From: Eledone cirrhosa
Taxonomy: Eukaryota
NCBI GenBank assembly: GCA_964016885.1
Contig: OZ024752.1
Coordinates: 36,580,001 to 36,644,000 of the forward strand
Length of the DNA stretch: 64,000 bases
Reading direction: 5' to 3'
The translations under genes and the position numbers were made by a program. The notes beneath the pieces were generated by a model. The model was given only the letters and a program-made list of their open reading frames with translations, was not told where the DNA came from and did no database searches. Positions 1 through 14,554 of this stretch are shown in pieces. How positions within the stretch are numbered: position 1 is the stretch's first letter; each line of letters begins with the position of its first letter.

Positions 1-1234
1 CTGCGAAGACAAAAGTATTTACATCAGTCATAAGAGACCTCTTGTATGCAGATGATTGCGATCTTGTAGCGCACACAGAGAGTGATATGCAGCACATTTT
101 GAATGTATTTTCTGACGCTTGCACTGCCCTGGGTTTGACTGTCAGTCTCAAGAAAACCGTCGTCATGTACCAACCTGCACCTGGTAGGCAGTACACTGAA
201 CCAAACATCTATGTGTATGGCAAACGACTTGGAGTGGTTGATCAGTTTGTCTACCTGGGAAGCACTGTCAATCGATACGGCAACCTTGACAGTGAAATCT
301 CACTTAGGATTAGGAAAGCAAGTGATGCTTTCGGAAAGCTAGAAAGGCGACTCTGGGGTCGGCGAGACATATGCAGGAGGACAAAGGTAAAGGTGTACAG
401 GGCATGTGTACTCTCTTGTCTTCTTTATGCCTGCGAGACCTGGGTCACATATCGACGCCACCTTAAGCAATTGGAGCGTTTCCATCAGATGTGTCTCAGA
501 CGGATACATGGCGTTCGCTGGAGGGACCACATCAGTGATGTCGAGATTTTGGAAAGCTCTATGTGTGACAGTATAGAAGCTCTTGTGCTTAAGCAGCGAC
601 TCCGTTGGAGTGGTCACCTTGCCAGGATGAAGGATTCTAGAATACCAAAACAACTCTTCTATGGAGAGTTGGTTAAAGGAAAACGACCGCCACATAAACC
701 AAAAAAGAGGTATAAGGATTCCTTGAAGGCCTCTCTGAGAGACGCTAACATCTCTGCTGATACATGGGAAAATGTTGCTGCTGATCGTAATAAATGGAGA
801 AAGACTGTATATGAGGGAAAAGTTGCCTTTGAGGCATCTCGAATCGCACACGAGAAAGTAAAGCGGGACGTGAGGAAGGGTATTGCTGTTGCACTTCCAG
901 ACGGCGAGGGTCCTCCTATGTTTCTGACATGCAGCGTCTGTGCGAGACTCTGCCTAAGCAAAGCTGGACTCGAAAGTCATCTTCGCAGTCATAAAGTAAG
1001 ACCAGTGGTTGACTACCAGGCTGCTGTTGGAGATGCTACTCATCATGCTTGCCAAACATGTGGTAGAGAATGTAAATCAGCAGGAGGACTCAAGCGACAT
1101 GCAAAAGTGCACGAACTCCAACCACAGCCGACTATTCCCAGTAAATGTTTTGGTTGCCGACTCTGTGCAAGACATTTTGGATCATTGGCTGGGCTAAAAA
1201 GCCACATTCGATCGCAGCACTGTTAGTTGCTATC

Positions 1235-1272
<38 letters not shown>

Positions 1273-1348
1273 GCTTATGTGCGTGCGTGTGTGTGTATAT
1301 ATATATGAATATGTATATTATTGTTGTTGTCGTTATTATTATTATTGC

Positions 1349-1418
<70 letters not shown>

Positions 1419-1466
1419 TTTTTTATTTTTTATTGTGCAATGGCCATACTCGATAACGAGGGGGCA

Positions 1467-1474
<8 letters not shown>
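1..1474 (+). mobile_element. RTE-clade non-LTR retrotransposon, 3' part (ORF plus 3' UTR)
   Basis: ORF starts in the RT YADD motif, continues with KT, YLGS, LLYACETW, LRWSGH and PKQLFYGEL...GKR motifs typical of RTE/BovB. The 3' UTR ends at ggcagccatcat followed by (AT)n. Confidence 0.9.
42..1226 (+). CDS. RTE-like reverse transcriptase C-terminal part with three C2H2 zinc fingers (5'-partial)
   Basis: Open 394-aa frame; CSVC..HLRSH, CQTC..HAKVH and CRLC..HIRSQH fingers at the C-terminus. Confidence 0.85.
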   Translation: MYADDCDLVAHTESDMQHILNVFSDACTALGLTVSLKKTVVMYQPAPGRQYTEPNIYVYGKRLGVVDQFVYLGSTVNRYGNLDSEISLRIRKASDAFGKLERRLWGRRDICRRTKVKVYRACVLSCLLYACETWVTYRRHLKQLERFHQMCLRRIHGVRWRDHISDVEILESSMCDSIEALVLKQRLRWSGHLARMKDSRIPKQLFYGELVKGKRPPHKPKKRYKDSLKASLRDANISADTWENVAADRNKWRKTVYEGKVAFEASRIAHEKVKRDVRKGIAVALPDGEGPPMFLTCSVCARLCLSKAGLESHLRSHKVRPVVDYQAAVGDATHHACQTCGRECKSAGGLKRHAKVHELQPQPTIPSKCFGCRLCARHFGSLAGLKSHIRSQHC

Positions 1475-1553
<79 letters not shown>

Positions 1554-1748
1554 AGTTAATATAAATTAATATATGATAAACACCAATATGAACATATAAG
1601 CGTTTGCATTGTAAACGACCAAGTTAGCTAGATTGAAAAATACTAATTAGATTAATACAGTTTGCCTGTCTCGATTTAAAATAATAAATCAATAAAAACA
1701 AACCCATATTGGCAATAGCCGTGATACCTGTTATATATATCTATCTAT

Positions 1749-1861
1749 CTAAGGCGGGTAAAATTCCCGAGATCCATGGACGAGTTCTCTCCAGCGGTCT
1801 CTGTCCCTCATTATCGCTGCCATATCCTGCATCTCCAACAGACCAGTGTCTGTCCTTATGG
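1749..1861 (-). mobile_element. RTE-like LINE 3' end fragment
   Basis: Translates to IRTDTGLLEMQDMAAIMRDRDRWRELV, the typical RTE C-terminal D-R-x-x-W-R motif; cut by the gap. Confidence 0.65.
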
Positions 1862-2061
1862 NNNNNNNNNNNNNNNNNNNNNNNNNNNNNNNNNNNNNNN
1901 NNNNNNNNNNNNNNNNNNNNNNNNNNNNNNNNNNNNNNNNNNNNNNNNNNNNNNNNNNNNNNNNNNNNNNNNNNNNNNNNNNNNNNNNNNNNNNNNNNNN
2001 NNNNNNNNNNNNNNNNNNNNNNNNNNNNNNNNNNNNNNNNNNNNNNNNNNNNNNNNNNNNN
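1862..2061. other. Assembly gap (N run)
   Basis: 200 consecutive n. Confidence 1.
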
Positions 2062-5000
2062 CCACTAGTCTCAACCCCTCTTCCTTTACATACAGATACA
2101 CTTACCCAATGTCTCACCCCCTCTTCACTTACTACAGATACACTTCCCAATAGTCTCACCCCATCTTCATTACATACACGCTACACTTTCCACTAGTCTC
2201 ACCCCTCTTCCTTACATACAGATACACTTACCCACTAGTCACATCCCCTCTTCCTTACATACAGATACACTTACCACTAGTCTCACTCCCCTCTTCCTTA
2301 CATACAGATACACTTACCACTAGTCTCACACCTCTTCCTTACATACAGATACACTTACCACTAGTCTCACCCCCTCTTCCTTACATACAGATACACTTAC
2401 CACTAGTCTCACCCCCTCTTCCTTACATACAGAATACACCTTACCACTAGTCTCACCCCCTCTTCCTTTACATACAGATACACTTACCACTAGTCTCACC
2501 CCTCTTTCCTTACATACAGATACACTTACACTAGTCTCCACTCCCTCTTCCTTACATACAGATACCACTTACCCATAGTCTCACCCCCTCTTCCTTACAT
2601 ACAGATACACTTACCACTAGTCTCACCCCCTCTTCCTTACATACAGATACACTTACCACTAGTCTCACCCCCCCTCTTCCTTACATACAGATACACTTAC
2701 ACTAGTCTCACCTCCCTCTTCCTTACATACAGATTCACTTACCACTAGTCCTCACCCCCTCTTCCTTACATACAGATACACTTACCAACTAGTCTCACCC
2801 CTCTTCCTTACATACAGATACACTTACCACTAGTCTCAACCCCTCTTCCTTACATACAGATACACTTACCACTAGTCTCACCCCCTCTTCCTTACATACA
2901 GATACACTTACCACTAGTCTCACCCCCTCTCCTTACATACAGATACACTTACCACTAGTCTCACCCCCTCTTCCTTACATACAGATACACTTACCACTAG
3001 TCTCACTCCTCTTCCTTACATACAGATACACTTACCACTAGTCTCACCCCCTCTTCCTTACATACAGATACACTTACCACTAGTCTCACCTCCCTCTTCC
3101 TTACATACAGATACACTTACCACTAGTCTCACCCCTCTTCCTTACATACAGATACACTTACCACTAGTCTCACCCCTCTTCCTTACATACAGATACACTT
3201 ACCACTAGTCTCACCCCCTCTTTCCTTACATACAGATACACTTACCACTAGGTCTCACTCCCTCTTCCTTACATACAGATACACTTACCACTAGTCTCAC
3301 CCCCTCTTCCTTACATACAGATACACTTACCCACTAGTCTCACCCCCTCTTCCTTACATACAGATACACTTACCACTAGTCTCCAACTCCCTCTTCCTTA
3401 CATACAGATACACTTACCACTAGTCTCACTCCTCTTCCTTACATACAGATACACTTACCACTAGTCTCACCCCCTCTTCCTTACATACAGATACACTTAC
3501 CACTAGTCTCACCCCTCTTCCTTACATACAGATACACTTACCACTAGTCTCACCCCCTCTTCCTTACATACAGATACACTTACCACTAGTCTCACTCCTC
3601 TTCCTTACATACAGATACACTTACCACTAGTCTCACCCCTCTTCCTTACATACAGATACACTTACCACTAGTCTCACTCCCTCTTCCTTACATACAGATA
3701 CACTTACCACTAGTCTCACCCCTCTTCCTTACATACAGATACACTTACCACTAGTCTCACTCCTCTTCCTTACATACAGATACACTTACCACTAGTCTCA
3801 CCCCTCTTCCTTACATACAGATACACTTACCACTAGTCTCACCCCTCTTCCTTACATACAGATACACTTACCACTAGTCTCACCCCTCTTCCTTACATAC
3901 AGATACACTTACCACTAGTCTCACTCCTCTTCCTTACATACAGATACACTTACCACTAGTCTCACTCCTCTTCCTTACATACAGATACACTTACCACTAG
4001 TCTCACCCCTCTTCCTTACATACAGATACACTTACCACTAGTCTCACTCCTCTTCCTTACATACAGATACACTTACCACTAGTCTCACTCCTCTTCCTTA
4101 CATACAGATACACTTACCACTAGTCTCACCCCCTCTTCCTTACATACAGATACACTTACCACTAGTCTCACCCCCTCTTCCTTACATACAGATACACTTA
4201 CCACTAGTCTCACTCCTCTTCCTTACATACAGATACACTTACCACTAGTCTCACTCCTCTTCCTTACATACAGATACACTTACCACTAGTCTCACTCCTC
4301 TTCCTTACATACAGATACACTTACCACTAGTCTCACCCCCTCTTCCTTACATACAGATACACTTACCACTAGTCTCACCCCCTCTTCCTTACATACAGAT
4401 ACACTTACCACTAGTCTCACCCCTCTTCCTTACATACAGATACACTTACCACTAGTCTCACCCCTCTTCCTTACATACAGATACACTTACCACTAGTCTC
4501 ACCCCCTCTTCCTTACATACAGATACACTTACCACTAGTCTCACCCCCTCTTCCTTACATACAGATACACTTACCACTAGTCTCACCCCCTCTTCCTTAC
4601 ATACAGATACACTTACCACTAGTCTCACCCCCTCTTCCTTACATACAGATACACTTACCACTAGTCTCACCCCTCTTCCTTACATACAGATACACTTACC
4701 ACTAGTCTCACCCCTCTTCCTTACATACAGATACACTTACCACTAGTCTCACTCCTCTTCCTTACATACAGATACACTTACCACTAGTCTCACCCCTCTT
4801 CCTTACATACAGATACACTTACCACTAGTCTCACCCCCTCTTCCTTACATACAGATACACTTACCACTAGTCTCACCCCCTCTTCCTTACATACAGATAC
4901 ACTTACCACTAGTCTCACCCCCTCTTCCTTACATACAGATACACTGACCACTAGTCTCACCCCTCTTCCTTACATACAGATACACTTACCACTAGTCTCA

Positions 5001-8000
5001 CCCCCTCTTCCTTACATACAGATACACTTACCACTAGTCTCACCCCCTCTTCCTTACATACAGATACACTTACCACTAGTCTCACCCCCTCTTCCTTACA
5101 TACAGATACACTGACCACTAGTCTCACCCCTCTTCCTTACATACAGATACACTTACCACTAGTCTCACCCCCTCTTCCTTACATACAGATACACTTACCA
5201 CTAGTCTCACCCCCTCTTCCTTACATACAGATACACTTACCACTAGTCTCACCCCCTCTTCCTTACATACAGATACACTTACCACTAGTCTCACCCCCTC
5301 TTCCTTACATACAGATACACTTACCACTAGTCTCACCCCCTCTTCCTTACATACAGATACACTTACCACTAGTCTCACTCCTCTTCCTTACATACAGATA
5401 CACTTACCACTAGTCTCACCCCTCTTCCTTACATACAGATACACTTACCACTAGTCTCACTCCTCTTCCTTACATACAGATACACTTACCACTAGTCTCA
5501 CCCTTCTTCCTTACATACAGATACACTTACCACTAGTCTCACTCCTCTTCGTTACATACAGATACACTTACCACTAGTCTCACCCGTCTTCCTTACATAC
5601 AGATACACTTACCACTAGTCTCACCCCCTCTTCCTTACATACAGATACACTTACCACTAGTCTCACTCCTCTTCCTTACATACAGATACACTTACCACTA
5701 GTCTCACCCCTCTTCCTTACATACAGATACACTTACCACTAGTCTCACCCTTCTTCCTTACATACAGATACACTTACCACTAGTCTCACTCCTCTTCCTT
5801 ACATACAGATACACTTACCACTAGTTTCACTCCTCTTCCTTACATACAGATACACTTACCACTAGTCTCACCCTTCTTCCTTACATACAGATACACTTAC
5901 CACTAGTCTCACCCTTCTTCCTTACATACAGATACACTTACCACTAGTTTCACTCCTCTTCCTTACATACAGATACACTTACCACTAGTCTCACTCCTCT
6001 TCCTTACATACAGATACACTTACCACTAGTCTCACTCCTCTTCCTTACATACAGATACACTTACCACTAGTCTCACCCGTCTTCCTTACATACAGATACA
6101 CTTACCACCAGTCTCACCCCTCTTCCTTACATACAGATACACTTACCACTAGTCTCACCCCTCTTCCTTACATACAGATACACTTACCACTAGTCTCACC
6201 CTTCTTCCTTACATACAGATACACTTACCACTAGTCTCACCCTTCTTCATTACATACAGATACACTTACCACTAGTCTCGCCCCCTCTTCCTTACATACA
6301 GATACACTTACCACTAGTCTCACATCTCTTCGTTACATACAAATACACTTACCACTAGTCTCACCCTTCTTCCTTACATACAGATACACTTACCACTAGT
6401 CTCACCCCTCTTCCTTACATACAAATACACTTACCACTAGTCTCACCCGTCTTCCTTACATACAGATACACTTACCACCAGTCTCACCCCTCTTCCTTAC
6501 ATACAGATACACTTACCACTAGTCTCACCCGTCTTCCTTACATACAGATACACTTACCACTAGTCTCACCCTTCTTCCTTACATACAGATACACTTACCA
6601 CTAGTCTCACCCTTCTTCATTACATACAGATACACTTACCACTAGTCTCGCCCCCTCTTCCTTACATACAGATACACTTACCACTAGTCTCACATCTCTT
6701 CGTTACATACAAATACACTTACCACTAGTCTCACCCTTCTTCCTTACATACAGATACACTTACCACTAGTCTCACCCCTCTTCCTTACATACAAATACAC
6801 TTACCACTAGTCTCACCCGTCTTCCTTACATACAGATACACTTACCACCAGTCTCACCCCTCTTCCTTACATACAGATACACTTACCACTAGTCTCACCC
6901 GTCTTCCTTACATACAGATACACTTACCACTAGTCTCACCCTTCTTCCTTACATACAGATACACTTACCACTAGTCTCACCCTTCTTCATTACATACAGA
7001 TACACTTACCACTAGTCTCACCCTTCTTCCTTACATACAAATACACTTACCACTAGTCTCACTCTTCTTCCTTACATACAGATACACTTACCACTAGTCT
7101 CACCCTTCTTCCTTACATACAGATACACTTACCACTAGTCTCACCCCTCTTCCTTACATACAAATACACTTACCACTAGTCTCACCCGTCTTCCTTACAT
7201 ACAGATACACTTACCACCAGTCTCACCCCTCTTCCTTACATACAGATACACTTACCACTAGTCTCACATCTCTTCGTTACATACAAATACACTTACCACT
7301 AGTCTCACCCTTCTTCCTTACATACAGATACACTTACCACTAGTCTCACCCCTCTTCCTTACATACAGATACACTTACCACTAGTCTCACATCTCTTCGT
7401 TACATACAAATACACTTACCACTAGTCTCACCCTTCTTCATTACATACAGATACACTTACCACTAGTCTCACCCTTCTTCCTTACATACAAATACACTTA
7501 CCACTAGTCTCACTCTTCTTCCTTACATACAGATACACTTACCACTAGTCTCGCCCCCTCTTCCTTACATACAGATACACTTACCACTAGTCTCACCCCT
7601 CTTCCTTACATACAGATACACTTACCACTAGTATCACCCCTCTTCCTTATATACAGATACACTTACCACTAGTCTCATCCCTCTTCCTTACATACAGATA
7701 CACTTACCACTAGTCTCGCCCCCTTTTCCTTACATACAGATACACTTACCACTAGTCTTACATCTCTTCGTTACATACAAATACACTTACCACTAGTCTC
7801 ACCCTTCTTCCTTACATACAGATACACTTACCACTAGTCTCACCCCTCTCCCTTACATACAAATACACTTACCACTAGTCTCACCCCTCTTCCTTACATA
7901 CAGATACACTTACCACTAGTCTCACCCGTCTTCATTACATACAGATACACTTACCACTAGTCTCACCCCTCTTCCTTACATACAAATACACTTACCACTA

Positions 8001-10040
8001 GTCTCACCCCTCTTCCTTACATACAGATACACTTACCACTAGTCTCACCCCTCTTCCTTACATACAAATACACTTACCACTAGTCTCACCCTTCTTCCTT
8101 ACATACAAATACACTTACCACTAGTCTCGCCCCCTCTTCCTTACATACAGATACACTTACCACTAGTCTCACCCCTCTTCCTTACATACAGATACACTTA
8201 CCACTAGTCTCACCCCTCTTCCTTACATACAGATACACTTACCACTAGTCTCACCCCCTCTTCCTTACATACAGATACACTTACCACTAGTCTCACCCCT
8301 CTTCCTTACATACAGATACACTTACCACTAGTCTCACCCCTCTTCCTTACATACAGATACACTTACCACTAGTCTCACCCTTCTTCCTTACATACAGATA
8401 CACTTACCACTAGTCTCACCCTTCTTCCTTACATACAGATACACTTACCACTAGTCTCACCCCTCTTCCTTACATACAAATACACTTACCACTAGTCTCA
8501 CCCTTCTTCATTACATACAGATACACTTACCACTAGTCTCACCCGTCTTCATTACATACAGATACACTTACCACTAGTCTCACCCCTCTTCCTTACATAC
8601 AAATACACTTACCACTAGTCTCACCCCTCTTCCTTACATACAGATACACTTACCACTAGTCTCACCCCTCTTCCTTACATACAAATACACTTACCACTAG
8701 TCTCACCCTTCTTCATTACATACAGATACACTTACCACTAGTCTCACCCGTCTTCATTACATACAGATACACTTACCACTAGTCTCACCCCCTCTTCCTT
8801 ACATACAAATACACTTACCACTAGTCTCACCCCTCTTCCTTACATACAGATACACTTACCACTAGTCTCACCCCCTCTTCCTTACATACAGATACACTTA
8901 CCACTAGTCTCACCCCTCTTCCTTACATACAAATACACTTACCACTAGTCTCACCCTTCTTCCTTACATACAAATACACTTACCACTAGTCTCACCCTTC
9001 TTCATTACATACAGATACACTTACCACTAGTCTCACCCCCTCTTCCTTACATACAGATACACTTACCACTAGCCTCACCCCTCTTCCTTACATACAGATA
9101 CACTTACCACTAGTCTCACCCTTCTTCATTACATGCAGATACACTTACCACTAGTCTCACCCTTCTTCCTTACATACAGATACACTTACCACTAGTCTCA
9201 CCCCTCTTCCCTACATACAGATACACTTACCACTAGTCTCACCCCTCTTCCTTACATACAGATACACTTACCACTAGCCTCACCCCTCTTCCTTACATAC
9301 AGATACACTTACCACTAGCCTCACCCCTCTTCCCTACATACAGATACACTTACCACTAGTCTCACCCCCTCTTCCTTACATACAGATACACTTACCACTA
9401 GTCTCACCCCTCTTCCTTACATACAAATACACTTACCACTAGTCTCACCCTTCTTCCTTACATACAGATACACTTACCACTAGCCTCACCCCTCTTCCTT
9501 ACATACAGATACACTTACCACTAGTCTCACCCTTCTTCATTACATACAGATACACTTACCACTAGTCTCACCCGTCTTCCTTACATACAAATACACTTAC
9601 CACTAGTCTCACCCTTCTTCCTTACATACAGATACACTTACCACTAGTCTCACCCGTCTTCCTTACATACAAATACACTTACCACTAGTCTCACCCATCT
9701 TCCTTACATACAGATACACTTACCACTAGTCTCACCCTTCTTCATTACATACAGATACACTTACCACTAGTCTCACCCGTCTTCCTTACATACAAATACA
9801 CTTACCACTAGTCTCACCCTTCTTCCTTACATACAGATACACTTACCACTAGTCTCACCCGTCTTCCTTACATACAAATACACTTACCACTAGTCTCACC
9901 CTTCTTCCTTACATACAAATACACTTACCACTAGTCTCACCCCTCTTCCCTACATACAGATACACTTACCACTAGTCTCACCCCTCTTCCCTACATACAG
10001 ATACACTTACCACTAGTCTCACCCCTCGTCGTTACACACA
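2062..10040. repeat. Tandem satellite, 41-42 bp unit CCACTAGTCTCACCCCTCTTCCTTACATACAGATACACTTA, about 190 copies
   Basis: Read directly as a head-to-tail array without spacers. Confidence 0.98.
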
Positions 10041-10454
10041 AATTGTTATCTTTCATCACTATACTTTCATCAGTGTTCGTACTAAAGTCTTCCCCAGCTC
10101 ATATTTCTTAGCATAACATTCCTCATTTTAACTACATTCTACAACTTTGCCTGCATTTCTTCTTCAACCATTAAATGTAATAATTCAAATGAAACACTAA
10201 TTACATTATCTTCGATCATTTATTCTTATATCTAGTTTTTAAAACATTCTTTATTGAAAAGAAGATGTGCATTGCTCAAGGCATTTCTTGGTCCTGCCTT
10301 GAGATCGATACAACTGTATTCGATTTAAACATTTACAGGGAAAAGATGAGTGGAGAGGAGCTGGCTAGGAGAGAGTTTCTAGTGGGCTGTAATTCTGGAG
10401 GAAATGATTGGCGGGAAAATTGCTTAGGTTAAGATGTGGAAGTGTGTGTGTGTA

Positions 10455-10488
<34 letters not shown>

Positions 10489-10569
10489 CGGGAGAGAAAT
10501 AAATAGATAGGTAGATATATACATAGATATATAGATATGAATATATATATAATATATATATATTTTATT

Positions 10570-10634
<65 letters not shown>

Positions 10635-10639
<5 letters not shown>

Positions 10640-10713
10640 AGTCCTTAATAGGACGAAACATTATCGGCTAATAAAGACTTTTGATGTATTGAAGGCTTCT
10701 TTGTTTTACTCTC

Positions 10714-10717
<4 letters not shown>
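10635..10717 (+). ncRNA. 5'-truncated minimal type I hammerhead plus element tail (family D)
   Basis: (c)TGATGA gtcct-taat-aggac GAAA catt ATC ggc then aataaa; same tail as 43613-43790; embedded in (TA)n. Confidence 0.7.
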
Positions 10718-10778
<61 letters not shown>

Positions 10779-10798
10779 ATTATTATTACATATATATA

Positions 10799-10960
10799 TG
10801 GGTCGGACGCCATGCTTTCCAGCATAGTTACGTCCCTTTACGATCTGAGTTCAAATCCCACCGAGGTTAACTTTGCTTTTCATCCTTACGGGGTCGATAA
10901 AATAATGTACCAGTAATGCACTGGGTATTTGCCGGCCTTGTGCCTAAAGTAGAAACAATT
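10799..10960 (+). mobile_element. tRNA-derived SINE family 1
   Basis: B-box-like gagttcaaatcc and body ...ggggtcgataaaataaagtaccagt...gtagaaacaatt, repeated about 20 times in the window. Confidence 0.85.
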
Positions 10961-10962
10961 AT

Positions 10963-11057
<95 letters not shown>

Positions 11058-11669
11058 GTACATACATATATATATATATATATATACAGAGAGAGAGAGA
11101 GAGAGAGATGTCGATATGACAAAAGGAAGAGAGAGAGATTGTTAAGTTGAGGATGGTTGGCAATAAAAGGTTATGTAGCTTTGTTGCTTCCCCTCATTGT
11201 CATGTGTTTTCTTCTCCCCCCCCCCCATTTCACCCCACACCGCTCCACCCCCAGCCCAACTCTACCCACCCACCGACCCACCCACACCCCAACCTTTCTC
11301 TTTGAAACCAACGATTAAAAAAAAATTAATAACATGTAAAAAAAAAAAAAAGAAATAGAATATGTTTAGCGAGTGTCTTAGTGTAGATAATAAGTAGCCG
11401 GTGAACGGAAGTGACTGGCCGGAAGTAGTTATTTTAGTAACTCCATTAAATGTCCTTGGGTCATCAATCAGACCTTGCAGACAATATTTTATCATGAAAG
11501 GTCAAGCAAACGTTGTTGTTGTTTGTTGTTGTTTTATCACATTCATATCTATTTGTTAATTTATTTCATTTCATTTATTTGCTTTCAATTTAACCATCGA
11601 TCTGACTTCAAGCGAATCTCATTGAGATCTATTGATTTCTAATTGTATATATATATATATATATATATA

Positions 11670-11772
<103 letters not shown>

Positions 11773-12045
11773 TGTATGTATGTATAAATATATATATATA
11801 TTAGTTTTGCGAGGTTTTTGATATGAAATCGTGTGTCGAAACAAATATTGTTATACTTGGGGAGGGTCATATTTGTGTAATATTGCAAGAATTAATAACA
11901 GAATACACTCACTGTTTGGTTGGTTTTCGCTTTTCGCTTCTGTGTCCTTTATATCGGTAATCTAATTTATTCGGTCCTCAATGTTGCCATTGACTGACCA
12001 ACGGTCAAATATAATACAGATACAATATAGACACAGATATATATA

Positions 12046-12139
<94 letters not shown>

Positions 12140-12281
12140 TAGTTTATGTTGGTTGTATACCAACACCTCAGTATGCAGGCTGGAGCACTCGACGAAGTGC
12201 GCAGGTTGGTTTGGTTACTCCGGAGTAGTGTAAAATAAAGTTAAATAAAAGTCAAATGATTAAAATTTAGCTTCGTTTATT

Positions 12282-12336
12282 ACTGCTATATATATTTCAG
12301 TGACAGCCATCTTTGGCTGTGACCTCTTCAGGCAGT
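12282..12336 (-). ncRNA. Type I hammerhead ribozyme in TA-flanked element 12137-12730
   Basis: Minus strand: actgc CTGAAGA ggtcacagcc-aaagat-ggctgtcact GAAA t-atat-ATA gcagt aataaa; stem I actgc/gcagt. Confidence 0.85.
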
Positions 12337-12747
12337 TTGAATTAGTATGGTATAGACAAGTACACATGTTGTTGAGGTGTATAATATTGTCAATACTCTG
12401 ATATGCCCAGTTTCTTGTTGGGTTGTTAATTCACTGAGGAACTGGAGTCATATGAATTCAAACAAACGAATTTCAGTGTCAAAGGTCCCCTTCTCCTCTC
12501 ATTGGTCAGTTATTAGAACATTCCTCATTCTCAGTGTTGTTATTGTTGGAGTTAGCTTAAAAATTGATAAAATGGTAGAAGGGACAAGGTGTTAAAGGAA
12601 CAAAATAACACAAAATAAGTGTCAAACTTCCCATTGGTCAGTTCTGAGAGCATTCCTCACTCAGAAGTCTATAGAATTCTTTCTGGGGTGAGGCTCCCTG
12701 TAGTATTTTTGCCTGCTATTGTTCAGTACATTATATATATATATATA

Positions 12748-13104
12748 TGTAGAGGTTATATTTAATTTGTTGGGATACAACAAGCAAAATATTTTTATAA
12801 CTGATATAAAGCACTCAACAAATTATTGGAGTAAATATACAATATATTAATAAATGGAAACTATATTTATAAAATCATATTTATTCATTATACATATATT
12901 TCAAGGGCCACCAGAGCAAACTATGGTGCGCTTTCATCAGATAAAATATAATATAGGTTAGTTTTATAAATAAATATTGACATACCCTTAAAAAATGCAA
13001 AAATCTGATGAAAGCGCACAATAGTTTGCTCTGGTGGCCCTTGAAATATGTATAATGAAATAAATATGGTTTTATAAATATAGTTTCCATTTGTTAATAT
13101 ATTG

Positions 13105-13105
<1 letters not shown>
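12748..13105. mobile_element. Fold-back hammerhead element, family C (hammerheads - 12884-12946 and + 13003-13060)
   Basis: Inverted arms; ttttat CTGATGA aag...ctt GAAA tatgt ATA atgaaa; bounded by (TA)n. Confidence 0.8.
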
Positions 13106-13154
<49 letters not shown>

Positions 13155-13159
13155 TATAT

Positions 13160-13314
13160 TTAGCCATATTCGAAGGAAATCATCAGGTCTTTCCTGGTGA
13201 TTTCCTTCGAATGAAACAGTTCTAGTCCCGTAGAAGGCATTTCTATATTAAATATTTATACTCTGCTATGTATTGAGTACCTTACTGTGGTTACCCCCGA
13301 TTGAACCCGGGATA
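13160..13314 (+). mobile_element. Hammerhead element family A with short 5' inversion
   Basis: ttc CTGGTGA tttc-cttc-gaat GAAA cag...GTA gaag; tail ttacccccgattgaacccgggata shared with 5 other copies. Confidence 0.75.
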
Positions 13315-13437
13315 CACACACACACACACACATATGTGTGTGTGTATGTATGCATATATGTATACGTGTATGTATGTATGCATCTATATATGTATGCATG
13401 TATGTATATATTATATGTATGTATATATGTATGCATC

Positions 13438-13523
<86 letters not shown>

Positions 13524-13674
13524 TATATATAATTGTATGTATGTATGCATGTATATATGTATGCATATATATATATATGTATGTATGCGAACAGTAAACA
13601 GAAACAACAAAGCAGATAACACATTACAATGAAGAAATATATTAGTTTAAACACTTGATATAATAGGAAAAGAG

Positions 13675-13710
13675 TCCTGACGTTTCGTACACTAGTCCTT
13701 CATCAGAAGA
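13675..13710 (-). ncRNA. Minimal type I hammerhead with loop-less stem III (GAAACGUC)
   Basis: Minus strand: tctt CTGATGA aggac-tagt-gtac GAAA c GTC agga; a related flank recurs at 14715-14822. Confidence 0.75.
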
Positions 13711-14052
13711 GAGAATGAGAAATAAAAGATGAAATAAAAAGATAGAGACTGAGAAGAGGAAGGAACGGAGAACAATTCTTTTTTTCTTTTAGAAAAAAGC
13801 ACATGTGTATTCAGTCAGCTTGTATCAATAAACTTGTATCAATGCAGTTCGTTTGTCGATAATTGAAATCAAGAATAAAATACGGAGCATTGCGCCAAAC
13901 CGATTTATTATAATATATTCCTGTCATGTGCTGATAGTGTCTATTGCGGAATAATGAAATAAATAATTGCTTCATGAACTTGTGCTAGAACATAACCAGC
14001 TCATAAAACACTCTTATAACACCGTTCATTATATACTACATTTTATTAATAT

Positions 14053-14220
14053 AATTGTTTCTACTTTTGGCACAAGGCCAGCAAATACCCCAGTGAATTA
14101 CTGGTACTTTACTTTATCGAATCCGTAAGGATGAAAGGCAAAGCTAGCCTCGGCGGGATTTGAACTCAGATCATAAAGAGCCGTAACTCTATGCCGCAAA
14201 GCATGGCGTCCGGCCCTCTA
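14053..14220 (-). mobile_element. SINE family 1
   Basis: Reverse complement of the family consensus. Confidence 0.85.
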
Positions 14221-14323
14221 TTAATATAATGGTTTATTAATAAAGTTTTTTTGGGAGGAAGGGAAAGTCGATTAAATTGACTCAAGTGCGTTACTGGTAC
14301 TTTTATTTTATCGACCCCTGTGA

Positions 14324-14554
14324 CCCTTTAGTATTTGCATTGCTCTATATTTACTATCATATTTTCACATAAGTTTCACATAATTTTCACATTATTTTTT
14401 CACATAATTTTCACATAATATCGAATCTACGAGATTTTGATGTTATTTGTATTGAGAACAATACCTTAACGTTAGTATGAGCAGCCAGTAATGGCTGGTT
14501 TGAACAGAGGTGAGAGAATTCTGGCCGGATACAGCCAGTTTAAATGCTAAAGAG
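14324..14554. mobile_element. piggyBac-like MITE inserted in a SINE
   Basis: Ends ccctttagtattt...aaatgctaaagag followed by TTAA; homologous to 33451-33908; splits the SINE motif atcgacccc|taaggatgaaa. Confidence 0.65.

Noticed and set aside
2062-10040. CRISPR-like or coding repeat
   Set aside because: No unique spacers and no cas genes; plain tandem satellite in a eukaryotic context.
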